Shown piece by piece: positions 23,580-35,179 of a stretch of DNA of 64,000 bases (within the stretch, counting starts at the first letter, position 1; the number at the start of each line of letters is the position of its first letter). The notes beneath the pieces were generated by a model. The model worked only from the letters and a program-made list of their open reading frames with translations. It made no database searches and was not told the origin of the DNA. The position numbers and the translations under genes were made by a program. Source of the DNA: Octopus vulgaris (taxonomy: Eukaryota); assembly GCA_951406725.2 (NCBI GenBank), contig OX597817.1, forward strand, positions 78,864,001-78,928,000, written 5' to 3'.

Positions 23580-23617
23580 TCTTTAACGTTTCGAGCCTAC
23601 GCTCTTCAACAGAAAGA
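23580..23617 (-). ncRNA. minimal type-I hammerhead-like motif (CUGUUGA core)
   Basis: UCUUU-CUGUUGA-A-GAGC-guag-GCUC-GAA-ACGU-U-AAAGA: stem I 5 bp, stem II 4 bp, palindromic ACGU helix III; lies in a PLE pLTR on the sense strand. Confidence 0.75.
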
Positions 23618-23794
23618 TACACAGAGAGAGAAAAACACAGAAAGAAGGAGAGAAAAAAAATGTGTGCAGTAGCTAACGAATCAACATGGCGATCTGATTT
23701 CGGCCAGAGGTCAAAGATCAAACATGAGACGCGAGAGCGAAATAAGGGGAGATAATAGGGTTGATAAAAGGGTTGAGGGACCAGCTAAAAGTGC

Positions 23795-24130
23795 GTGGGA
23801 GGGGTCTGGATGTGTGTATGTATAGGGTTGGTGTATGTATTAGTATGTATAAGGGTGTGTGTGTGTGTGTGTGTGTGTGTATGAGAGAGTATTAGTGCGT
23901 AAGATTGGTCTGGACGTGCGTATGTATGGGGTTGGTGTATGTATTAGTATGTATTAGTATGTATTAGTACGTATTGGTATGTATAGGTGTCTGTGTGTGT
24001 GTGTGAGAGAGTATATAAGTGCGTATGCGGGTCTGGACGTGTGTATGTATAGGGTTGGTGTAAGTATTAGTATGTACTAGTATGTATTAGTACATATTAG
24101 TATGTATTAGTTGGTGTGTGTATTAGTATG
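23795..24130. repeat. three-unit minisatellite (about 105-125 bp) with (TATTAGTA)-type octamers, inside the PLE 3' UTR
   Basis: GGTCTGGA(C/T)GTG..TATGTAT.GGGTTGGTGTA at about 23803, 23907 and 24030. Confidence 0.85.
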
Positions 24131-27100
24131 GCACATCATATGTGATGTGATGTGTAAAGTCATGTGGTGTAGTGAGGAGAAGAGGGGGAGGGGGAGAAGA
24201 GGAGGGAGAGAAGGGGAGGGGAAGAAGAGGGGGAGGAGAGGATGGGGGAGAGGAGAGGATGGGGGAGAAGGAAGGGGATGAGGGGGATGAAGGAGGAAAG
24301 AGGGAGAGGGGGAGAGAGAAGGGGAGAGAGGGAGTGAGGGAGCAGAGGGAAGGGGAAGAGGGAGGGAGAAAGAGGGAAGAAGGGAAGGGGAGTAGGGGTG
24401 AAAGGATGAAGGACTGAAGAAGTAGGGGTCGGGGGAGAAAGGATAGGTGAGGAGGGGGAGAGGGGGTTAGATGAGGAGGGGGGAGAGTTGAGACCAAATG
24501 GCGTATAAGAGCGAAGAGAGAAGATTAATTCCTGTTCACGGCGCAAACGGGAATCCGGATGGCCTCTGTGTAAGGACAAACCGAACACAGATAGGTGTTG
24601 CAAGGAGTGACCGGTGGAGCGGAAATGGCGTGAGACCGGTGTGTCGTTCGCAAGGTGGATGTCACGAAGGTGTTCCGCGAACCGGTCAGCCAAGCGGCGT
24701 CCCGTTTGTCCGATGTTATATATATACATACATTCCTGGGTGTGTAATATCATATGTTCACCACAAAACATGGTTAGTCTTCAATTTAGTTTGTCTAGTC
24801 TAAGATTAAAGGTTCTACTTTGACTGGAGTATACAATTGTAAAATGGACTAAAAATTAATATAAGGAAGAAACAGTTAACAAACAATATAATAAGGTGTT
24901 GGCTTCTGGGCATCCATAACATTTGATAGTCCTAAATTGCTTTCCTGCTTTTGGTCCATTATTGGAAATATTTGCCATAGATTTTAATTATTCTTTTGTT
25001 TCACTATTTAAGCTGTTTTCTATTAACTTGTTTTATTTAGAATATTACTGCTGAATTTAGTGAATCATCTGAAAAATTGAATAATCATTTGACATTTTGA
25101 AAATTAAAAGTGATTTATAAAATAGGGTGCCACTTATATTTCGTTAATCACATTGGCTAAACAATATTTTTGCAAGAAATATACCAAACATCCTTCTTAT
25201 AAATCAATTGAGGAATTAGTTTCTGGTCTCAAGTGATTTCAAACAATTCATAGGATGAGAGATATCTAAAAAGAATGGATCTGATGTATTTGGTAATGTT
25301 TTAGCCAATATTACTATGTTTAATAGTTTTTCCTAATAAAATTGTTTGAAATTGCCAGTAAATCCTCAAAACATATTTAAATAAATCTAACATGAAATAC
25401 CAGAAGAAAAATTAGGGAGTTCAAAATGTCAGTAGTTCCAAACTAAATATGCAATACTTACAAATACAAGCATCCACTATATAAAATCAAAATAAGGTAA
25501 GTATTGCATATTCAATAATGAATACACAGAATAGTAATCTCTCTCTCTCTGTGAAAATTTGAGAATCTGCAGTTTCAATTTCTTTAATATTTTGACGCTG
25601 AAGAAATAATCATAAATTCAGACAACATATTTATGTACATGGTTATGCCTTAAACTGAAAATAATTGAAAATAAAATACTACTCACATTCTCCCAAATTT
25701 ACTTTCTCTCTTCTTTATTCTCCCATATAGACTTTTTCTCTCCCCTTCTCAATTTTTGTCCTCAACATCAATCAGTTCCTGAGATGAAAGTAAGGGAGGT
25801 GATAAGAAAGAAAAAGTGAAACTGACTATCACTAGTGTTTAGAGAAGATAGGTGAAAGTCATGCTATAAAGGAGTGACATAGCTACCCCAGCTGGAAAGA
25901 GTGAAAATAGAAACGTTGGTAATGATGAGGTGTCAGGGAACACACTCAAGTTATAGGAAGGTAAATATGATCGAAATGGAATTGAGGATTGATCAGAGTG
26001 AGTGTAAAATTGCAGTGATAGATGGATAGGGATGGGGAAATAAAGATAGTTATGGCTGGTTTATAGGATTACCCAGATTTTCACATCCATAAAGCATTTA
26101 CTTTTACAATGTCTTGTCAGACTTTGGATTGAATGATAAAGCTTGTCTTGGCAGGTTTTGAGCTTAGAACATAAAGAGCTGGTGGCCTATATTTGCTATC
26201 TGCTCATCTTACATCCTTGACTCTACCACTCACATCTACCAGTTGCTCACCCACTTCTTGCCTTTCTTCTTGTCACTGACAGCCCTCCATCTCTGATCTC
26301 TCATTTCTCTGCCACCTGTACAGCTCACTCAATACTCAGAGTTCTGTTCACTTGCTCTTTAGCAGATCTATTATACGAGACTACATTAGACCACTGTCAT
26401 TCCCTAATCCTGTTACATACACTCTAACTTCACCACAGTGTGCTGCCAATTATCAGTCTCTCTCCTCTGAGCCACCCCTACTTTTGTCCACCTCTGTTAT
26501 TTCCAATCACTTCCCCTTACCCACTACCTTTATCTCATCACCTACCGCTGTCTTGTTCACCTATTATTGCCAATCTTTCCCTTCTCTCTCTTCTTGACCC
26601 TCTCCACATAAACCTGTTCTAACCATCATGGGGCTTTATGAACTAAAGGTAACTCTGCCAATGGTGGTACCACAGAAAAAATGCACCTATTACACTCTGT
26701 AAAGCGATTGATGTTTGGAAGGACATCCAGCCAGAGAAACTATGCAAAGTTTCAGACACTGAAGAAAAACTTAGTCATCTGATCCATTGCATCTTGTCAA
26801 ACCAAGTAACCCATGTACCCACGCCAGCTTAGAAACAGGCATAGAATGATGATATTGATGATGATGATGATGCTAACCATGGTGACCATGAAGATGATGA
26901 GGAGGATTGTGGACATTGTGTAGTAATGAAACAATATAAGTTTCCTATAAATTCAATTCTACAGGATTGTGCAAGATATATAAAAAAAATAGCAAGTGCT
27001 TATGATATGCAGGCTTCTCTTCTGGTTTGTGGCTTCTAGGCCTCGGTGATGGAATGTGTATTAGATTTTTATTAAGTACAACACGATTCAACCCATTGTT

Positions 27101-27221
27101 CTGGGTCTCTTCGGATACATCAATAAAAAAGTCACGCTAGAGATTTCTCGTGTTAGCTTGCTTACTGCTATATGTCCATCAAATTCCATCAAACATATAA
27201 ACGTAATATGTATATATATAT

Positions 27222-27428
27222 ATAACGGAAGGTTTACGAAAATAAACAAAAGACGAAGGCAGATGGAGTACAAACAAATAATGTATTAGTATGGTGCTCA
27301 GGAATAGAAATAAAACAAGTCTTTTACGTTTCGAGCCGACGCTCTTCGACAGAAAGATACACAGAAAAGAAACAAGGAGAGAATAAACTTTTTGTATGTA
27401 GGGGCTAACGATTCAACATGGCGTTCCC
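27222..27428 (-). mobile_element. solo pLTR of the Neptune-type Penelope family in (TA)n
   Basis: Near-identical to 23481-23692 (TAACGG.AGG.TT..GAAAATAAACAAAAGACGAAGGCAG..TCAACATGGCG); (TA)n on both sides. Confidence 0.9.
27320..27357 (-). ncRNA. minimal type-I hammerhead-like motif (CUGUCGA core, GUA site)
   Basis: UCUUU-CUGUCGA-A-GAGC-gucg-GCUC-GAA-ACGU-A-AAAGA. Confidence 0.78.
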
Positions 27429-27444
27429 ATATATATATATATAT

Positions 27445-27816
27445 ATTATATAAAATCCATTCTGTCTGTATATGTCTTCTAGGATCTCGGACAGCCTCCA
27501 TCCGATTGTGCTCAAATTTGTTACGTAGATACTGACCATATCAGTCTTGTACAAGTCTTGAAAAAATTACAAAAATTGATTCCAGGTGAGAAGGCAATCG
27601 ATAAAGTCATGGGAACGTGCATTTGTAAAATCGTTTTTCTTGGAATAGAAAAAAAGTCTATCTTTATTTCTTCTTTTGCTAGTGTCTCAAATTTAGGTTA
27701 AATCAGTGTTTCTCAAAGGGGAGGCCTATGGAACGGTCGGACAAGTTGTTTTGAGATAATTTGGTTTAAATGTCTGACAACTCAGCACCGTCCATTGGAC
27801 AGTGGAGCGTTTTGCT

Positions 27817-27818
<2 letters not shown>
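27445..27818 (+). mobile_element. non-autonomous Helitron-like element
   Basis: 5' TATTATATAAAATC..CTGTCTGT..CCGATTGTGCTCAAATTTG; 3' hairpin around GTCCATTGGAC ending GCTTG before (TA)n. Confidence 0.5.
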
Positions 27819-27869
<51 letters not shown>

Positions 27870-27989
27870 GTATAAAGATACTTCGTTCAGTAACTGCCCA
27901 TTTCTGATCAGCTGCTTGTATCATCTGTCAGTCACCAATCACACTCTTGTAAACTTACCCATCCTAGATTCTACCCCTATTCTCATTTT

Positions 27990-28337
27990 ATAGACCTTCT
28001 TGTACCTTGAGGGTATGTCCTGACAACTCATCTCCAACATCCTTTCTCTGTCTACATAAGTAGCCATGTATCTCTTCTACAGCAGGACGCCTGTTTCTGA
28101 ATCTTTATCATACTTTAGCCTCTCAAGAGTTCTTGGCATCCTATTTACTTGGTGCCCTCCCTAGTGCCAGTGCCAGGAGAGAAAAAGTAGCCAGTACACT
28201 CTGAAAAGTGGTTGGGAACTGGAAGAGCATCCAGTCGCAGAAACCATGTCAAAGTAGATATTGGAGCCTAGAGCAAGCAGTCTTGTTAGATATTGCCAAG
28301 CCATCCAAACAACATCAGCATGGAATACAAATGTTAA

Positions 28338-28340
<3 letters not shown>
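27990..28340 (+). mobile_element. old RTE-type 3' UTR and tail
   Basis: ..CAGTACACTCTG.AAAGTGGTTGG..GGAAGAGCATCCAG..CAGCATGGAA..TGTTAAAT(GAT)n. Confidence 0.65.
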
Positions 28341-28369
<29 letters not shown>

Positions 28370-28672
28370 AACTATGATGATGATATAGACAATAACGACC
28401 ATGATGATAATGATGACAATCATGACAACGTTGATTATGACGATGATGATGACGGTGAAGATGATGACAACAACAATGCAGATGACAATGATAACAATGA
28501 TGAGGATGACAATGACGATGATGATGAGAATGATGATGATGAGGATGATTATGATGATGTTGATGATGATGATGATGAAGATGATGATGATGATGATGAT
28601 GACGATGATGATGATGAAGATGATGATGATGAAGATGATGATGACACTGATGATGATGAAGATGATGATGAT
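28337..28672 (+). repeat. imperfect (GAT/GAC/GAA/AAT)n triplet expansion
   Basis: Direct reading; continues the retroelement tail. Confidence 0.95.
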
Positions 28673-29120
28673 GCCCATCTGCCTAGGCACCAATGAAGGA
28701 AATGTCAGCATCAAGTTCTGAACCACTGTTCGTCATGCTAGCCGTCTTTCAGTCCTTGTTGCCATAACATTTTACACAATCCATTACTCATTAACACTTA
28801 ACCATTCTTCTAACTCCAAATCTTCCACTCATCAATAAAAAAAAATCTAAGCAGTTCTCAACGACCACTGCCACCACCACCACCACCATCATCACTACCA
28901 ATTCAGTGAAGGTTAATGTAGCAATTACCCTCCAAAATACCTCCTCCTCCTTCCACCTCTCCTAGGAAAAAAAATTAATCTTCAAAAATTTAGATAGTTC
29001 AGTAACCACAGTAATATTAAAATGGTAAATGCCAGACCAACATCGGCGCTCTTAAAGGGAATTGGCAAAACGGCCTATTGAAAACATGCAGAAAATTATT
29101 TTGCATTACTGCCACCAGTT

Positions 29121-29154
29121 AATGATGATGATAATGATGATGATGATAATGATG

Positions 29155-29186
<32 letters not shown>

Positions 29187-29289
29187 GATGAAAATGATTT
29201 TGATGATGAGGAAGAGGAGAAGGAGAAGGAGGAGAAGGAGGAGAGGGATGAAGAGAAGGAGAATGAAAATGATGATGAAGATAATGATA

Positions 29290-29321
<32 letters not shown>

Positions 29322-29716
29322 GATGATAAGGATGATGACGATGAAGAGGATGATGATGATGATGAAGATGACGGTGAAGATGTTGAAGATGACGATGATA
29401 ATGATGATGATGATGATGATAATAAGGAGGGGAGGAAAAGGAGCAGGAAGATGATCAAAATGATGATGATGATGTTAATGATGACAACAATGACAACAAT
29501 AACTAAGATGATAATGAGGATGATGGTGATGATGATGATGATGATGAAGAGGATGTTGATTATGCCGAAGATGATGGTGACAATGACAACGACAGCGACG
29601 ATGACTACAGCCACCACCACCACCACCACTACTACCACAACAACGATGACAATGATGATGATGATGGCGATGATTATGATGCCGATGATGCTGATGCTGA
29701 CAATGGTGAAGATGGA
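29121..29716 (+). repeat. imperfect (GAT)n/(GAG)n triplet block
   Basis: Direct reading. Confidence 0.95.
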
Positions 29717-29949
29717 AGTATGCAGTGTAGTAATGAAACAACATCAGTCTGCAACTAATTTAATTCTAGTGGGGGTCATGCCAGATATACAAAGGTTAAT
29801 TTCTGAAGCTTTGGCCCCCACTAGAGTTATTACTGAAGTAATTTCAACACTTATTTTTTCCCCTCCTCCTTCTTCTTCAAGACCACTCTATAAATAGCAT
29901 ATATACTTTTGTTTGTTCTTTGGCCATCATTCTTTCCTAAATTTTTACC

Positions 29950-30038
29950 TATTATCATCATCATTATCATCATCATCATTATCATTATTATTATCATTAT
30001 TATTATTATTATTATCATTATCATCATCGTCATTATTA

Positions 30039-30076
<38 letters not shown>

Positions 30077-30710
30077 TGCTTCTTCTGCAATGGTAGTGAC
30101 AGCGGAAAGAGGAAATAAAACTAAAAATGTAAAAAAAATAATTGCAAAAGTTCCTTCTCTCCCCAAATTTCCTTCGATATTTTGTCGGACAATTGTTTGT
30201 TTAATGACAAAATCAGACAAAACTAGAATAGGATTTTCAATTTATTTTATTTTATTTTATTTTATTTATTTGTCTATTTATTCTTTCTTTCTCTGTTTTT
30301 TTTTGGGGGGGGTGTGCTGGGGTGAGGTAGCGATTTGGTGTTTTTTATTGACTTCTTTATTTATTTGTGTATCTTGATATAAGTAATCAAGTTTGGTTCT
30401 TATTAACAACGATAACATCTGTAACACTAACATCATCATCATCATCATCACCATCATCATCATCGTTATCATGATCCTCGTCAACACCATTATAATCATT
30501 GTCATTGATTATATCAACATCATCACCATCATCATCACTGACGTCGCTGATGTTGTCATCATCACCACTGTCATCAATTGTCATCATACCCATCATTAGT
30601 TATCATCATCATCACCATTGTCATCATCATCATTGTCATTATTACAATCATTATCATCATCTTTGTCATTATCATCACAGTCGTCATCATCATCATCATC
30701 ATCATCATTC
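29950..30710 (+). repeat. (ATT/ATC)n block 29950-30075 and imperfect (CAT)n block 30405-30710
   Basis: Direct reading. Confidence 0.9.
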
Positions 30711-30900
30711 AAGAATAACAAGAATATGTAGACAAACCACTACCAACCAAATATTAAGTTTATGCTTTGTGTCCTTTGAAAATATTCTACCAAATATTTT
30801 TAAGAAAGGGATAAAAAATTTGGTATAAACTTTCCTTTATTTCAACTAGTGAATGTAAATCATCATAAAAAGAAGATAGAAAGTCAAAGAGAGAAACAAA

Positions 30901-30935
<35 letters not shown>

Positions 30936-31029
30936 GAAACAGAGACAAAGAGACTTACAGACAGACTGAGGATAGTGGATGATGAAGTGGAAGACAATTT
31001 ATATTAAATATTAAAACACTTGAAGGTGT

Positions 31030-31432
31030 GAACATGACAGTGTCATTGAAAAGTTTGCTTTCCAACTACATGGTTCCAGGTTCAGTCCCACTGTGTGGCA
31101 CCTTGGACAAGCAAGTGTCTTCTATTTTAGCCTCTGGCTAACCAAAGTCTTGAGAGTGGATTTGGTAGACAGAACCTGAAAGAAGCCTGTCATATATAAA
31201 TATGTGTGTGTGTGTGTCTTTGTGTCAATGTTTGTTCCACTATCACTTCTTGACAACCAGTGTTGGTGTGTTTACATCCCTGCAACTTAGCAGTTTGGCA
31301 AAAGAGTCTGATAATATAAGTACTAGGTTTTAAAAAAATGAGTCCTGGGGACAGTTTGTTCAACTAAAACCCTTCAAGTTGGTGCTCCAGCATGGCTGTA
31401 GTCAAATGACTGAAACAAGTAAAAGAATAAAA
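31030..31432 (+). mobile_element. SINE family A, full length
   Basis: Head, ACCTTGGACAAG core, internal (TA)(TG)n, and tail ..GTCAAATGACTGAAACAAGTAAAAG. Confidence 0.85.
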
Positions 31433-32692
31433 TAATATGTATGTATGTTTATATATATGTGTGTGTATACACATGCTTGTGTCTATGAGTGTGTGTGTGT
31501 GCATGTGTGTGTATGTGTGTGTATTTTTGTATCGTTACCATGACATCATATGAATGTCACTGTCATACAAGCACACCATGCAAACATATCAGACCATGGG
31601 AGCAATACTACCCTACCTGGAAACAGGAGAATGTTGGTGATAGGAAAAGCCTCCAGCTGTGGAGGACCTGCCTTATTAAAATCCTTCCAAATCATGCAAG
31701 CATGGAAAAATGGACGTTAAAGCTATGATTGTGATTATAATGATAATTATGTCAAATCTTAATTCATTATCATTTGTATTTAAAATATTTATTCTAAATT
31801 ACACATACACAAGCTTACCTTCACATCTGCCTACATAAATTTATCCATTTACTGATTTCAGTCAGGGGACAGTGGCCATGCTGGGGCACTTCCATCAATA
31901 GATTTAGTTAGTTATATCACCCCCACATCCCATTGCATATTTCAGACTAGAATTTTATTACTGGACTATTATATATTTACCACTGACCTTATCCTTGTCA
32001 CAATGCCTTGCTCATGCACTCTCTCACTTCACACTTCTCATCATCTGTGTTGCTAACTATCACCTTCCTGACCTACTCCTATTTCCTTCACCTTCTGCTT
32101 CCAAACTGATGTTTATCATTGACCACACTTCCACTTATTCTCTGCATTCACGATGGGCTTCTTTCAGTTTCCATCAACCAAATCCAACCACAAGGCTTTG
32201 ATTATCTCAAGGCTGTAGCAGAGTACACTTGCCCAAAGTACCGTGCAGTGGAACTGAACTCGGGACCATGTGGTTGAGAAGCAAGCTTCTTACCACATAC
32301 CCATGCCGGCACCTCTTATATTTAACAGAATAATTTGAATGCTAAAGAGTTAAAAGTTATATTTGATAAGACATATGCCAAAAGATTTTGAAAAATTCCT
32401 AAAACTGATCTTGGTACAATGTTTTAAAAAATATATTTGAGAGGAATTACAGAAAGTCTTACAGAATGGAGAGAACGGTAAATTACATTAAGTTTGATGT
32501 ATGTACAAAGTCTATGTTGCTGACGTTTGTAAATAGTGTTCATGGTGTATTTTGAATTAATACATGTGGAAATTTGCAAACAGATACATAATTTTGGAAA
32601 TGATACAACCAAGATAGTCTTTAACTTATTGATGTGTCTGACCAGTATGACATAAGATTAATAGCTACATCTCTCCTACTCATTCTCTTATA

Positions 32693-32965
32693 TCATCATT
32701 ATCGTCGTCATCATCGTCGTCGTTATCACCATCATCATCATTATCATCATCATCATCATTGGTGGCGTCATCATCATCCCTAACATCACCATCATCATCA
32801 CCAGTCATCATTGTCATCATTTTCATTGTCATCATCACTAATCATCATCGTCATCATCATCATCATCAGTCATCATTGTCCTCATTTTCGTTGTCATCAT
32901 CATCATCATCATCATCACTAATCATCGTCGTCATCATCATCACTATCGTCATCTGTATTTCCATC
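32693..32965 (+). repeat. imperfect (CAT)n block
   Basis: Direct reading. Confidence 0.9.
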
Positions 32966-33354
32966 ACCACTTTTTTCTTTTTTTTTTTCTTGCTATACTG
33001 GCATGAGTAGGAAACAATGTGCTCAGGCAATGATTCATATTGCACATACCATTCCTGATGCTGAGCTTTCCCTGTTTTCAAGTTGAGCACTTTATTCTAC
33101 GATTTTGTAATGAGTTACCTTGCTGCTGGATATTTTGTTCATGTGGAACATAAACACCATCACTGCTAGCTGAACCATGTCAACAGAATCACATGCAACA
33201 TGTTTACTACACATGTACCCACATCTAGCCAGGAAAGAGAGGGGGAAAAGATATTTCTCTGCTTTTTTTTTTTGTATTTCTCTTCTCAAACAGCATATTT
33301 CTAAATTTATAATTTTTATACTTTTAAATTTTATACATTATATATTTTACAATG

Positions 33355-33655
33355 TGGAGGTGCAATGGCCCAGTGGTTAAGGCAGTGGACTCACGATCGG
33401 AGGATCGCAGTTTCGATTCCCAGACTGGGCGTTGTGGGTGCTTATTGAGCGAACACATCTAAAAGTTCCCCGAGGCTCTGGCAGGGGGTGGTGGTGACCC
33501 CCAATGTACTCTTTCATCACAATTTTCTATCACTCTCTCTTCTTGTTTCTTGAGTAACGCTGCGATGGATTGGCGTCCCGTCCAGCTGGGGGGAACACAT
33601 ATGGCACAGAAACCGAGAAACCAGGCCCATGAACCTGGCTAGGCTTGAAAAGGGT
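33355..33655 (+). mobile_element. SINE family C
   Basis: TGGCCCAGTGG (box A) and GTTTCGATTCC (box B); tail GCGATGGATTGGCGTCCCGTCCAG..CCTGGCTAGGCTTGAAAAGGG. Confidence 0.85.
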
Positions 33656-34759
33656 AATGTTTTTTATATTTTACACTAACTCTATTTTCCCTGCAGTCCC
33701 CTTTTATAGGGTTGTTGTCTTTATAACTAGCTAAATATCATTTTTCACTCTCTACATTTTATCTACTCCTCATTTTATGACTCTTTCTTGACACTACACC
33801 AGTGCATACCGAAATTTTAAATTTTAGGTATAATTTTTAATTTCATAAACCTTCAATTCACCGTATGCCCTTATATGCTATATATTCATTCAAAACTAAC
33901 ATATTTTATAAGTTTGTTGACCACACTTCAGTTAACTTGTAAATTTGATGTTTCTACTGCAACTCTTTAGGGCACACTCACGTCCACTAGCTTTCTCCCT
34001 TTTTTTCATTTCTTCTTTCTCTTTTCTACCACCCACCCCATTTCCCCTAACACACACATCACTATCTATTATTAGTCTTCGGTATTCCTGTTCCGACTGT
34101 TTCCCATCATCATTATTATCATTCACACTATTGTTATTGTTATTATTAGTTATAATACTAATACTATGATCTTTACTTTTATTAATAACAGTTGTAGTAT
34201 CATCATTTTTATTTTCTTCTTAACACTCTCTTCTCATTATTTGTATTTTCACAATCATTTTAGTAGTTTTCAGTTTTGTGTGTTTTACAAGTTATGTAAC
34301 ACACATTGTTTAGCTATGAAACATATGTAGTCTTCATTTACCTTCCATTTCTCATATTCTTCAAATTTTTTTTTTTGCCTAATTAGTAATTCTAGTTGCT
34401 AAGCTGTGAGTTTTACAGTGACTGTCATCTTATCATAACTCCCATTGATCTCAGTATGGAATGAAGTGTATAACATACGATGGTTATTAAACTCTTTTAT
34501 CCATCTTTTGTCATCTATATTAGCTGTGTGCATGCTTGAAGCTCACCAACGTCCTACACCAGTATCTTTCAAATTGTGCCACCATATATACAGACAGATA
34601 TGGTTGTGGTAAGAAGCTTGCTTCCCAACCACATGAGTCTGAGTCTAGTCTCAGTGTGTCACCTTGGGCAAGTGTCTTTTAATATGGCCTCAGGCTGACC
34701 AAAACCCTTTGAATAATTGAATCTATGTATGGAGTTTATTAGGCAGTCTGAAACATAAG

Positions 34760-35160
34760 GCTTTCATCATCATCATAAGGCTTTCATCATTATCATTTAA
34801 TATCAGTTTTCCAAGCTTGCATAGGTTGGATGGCTTGACCAGAGCTGGCAAGCAAGAGAGCTGCACCAGGTTCCAGTCTGATTTGGCTTGGTTCCTGCAG
34901 CTTGATGCTCTTCTTAACACTGAAAACTTCACAGAGTGTGTTGGGTGCTTATTATGTGACACTGACACAGGGGCTCTTGCAGGCCAATCCTCTTAATCAG
35001 GGGGAGCAGCATTAACACTTCTGCTGTGGAGGACGGATCTTCTTGAGTACAGTAAGGCACCAGATATCTCAGTCCTTTATCATCTCCTTTGTAAGGTTCC
35101 GTATCCTGAGGTCATCCTGCAGTACTTCATCCCATATCTTTTGGGGTCTCCACTACCAAC
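34760..35160 (-). mobile_element. RTE LINE 3' end (last codons, UTR and (GAT)n tail)
   Basis: Minus strand ..KIWDEVLQDDLRIRNLTKEMIKD*DIWCLTVLKK runs into the shared CATCAAGCTGCAGGAACC..CCATCCAACCTATGCAAGC..(GAT)n tail. Confidence 0.75.
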
Positions 35161-35179
35161 AGTCATCTAAACCAGCATA

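Larger units (their letters stand above)
23481..24718 (-). mobile_element. 5'-truncated Penelope-like element (Neptune-type): GIY-YIG C-terminal half, long 3' UTR and pLTR
   Basis: IGQTGRRLADRFAEHLRDI..PVSRHF..GHS..LSVFGL..RLRREQELIFSLRSYTPFGLN is a PLE GIY-YIG endonuclease. CpG-rich with no stops, so probably young; (TA)n on both flanks. Confidence 0.92.

Noticed and set aside
24160-24771. 203-aa ORF as a complete endonuclease gene
   Set aside because: The start lies outside the element beyond the (TA)n junction, the GIY half of the motif is missing, and the C-terminus is read-through of a pyrimidine tract.
28208-28696. 162-aa poly-Asp ORF as an acidic biomineralisation-type protein
   Set aside because: Its N-terminus is RTE 3' UTR sequence and the acidic part is the expanded (GAT)n tail; overlapping frames are also open and there is no signal peptide.
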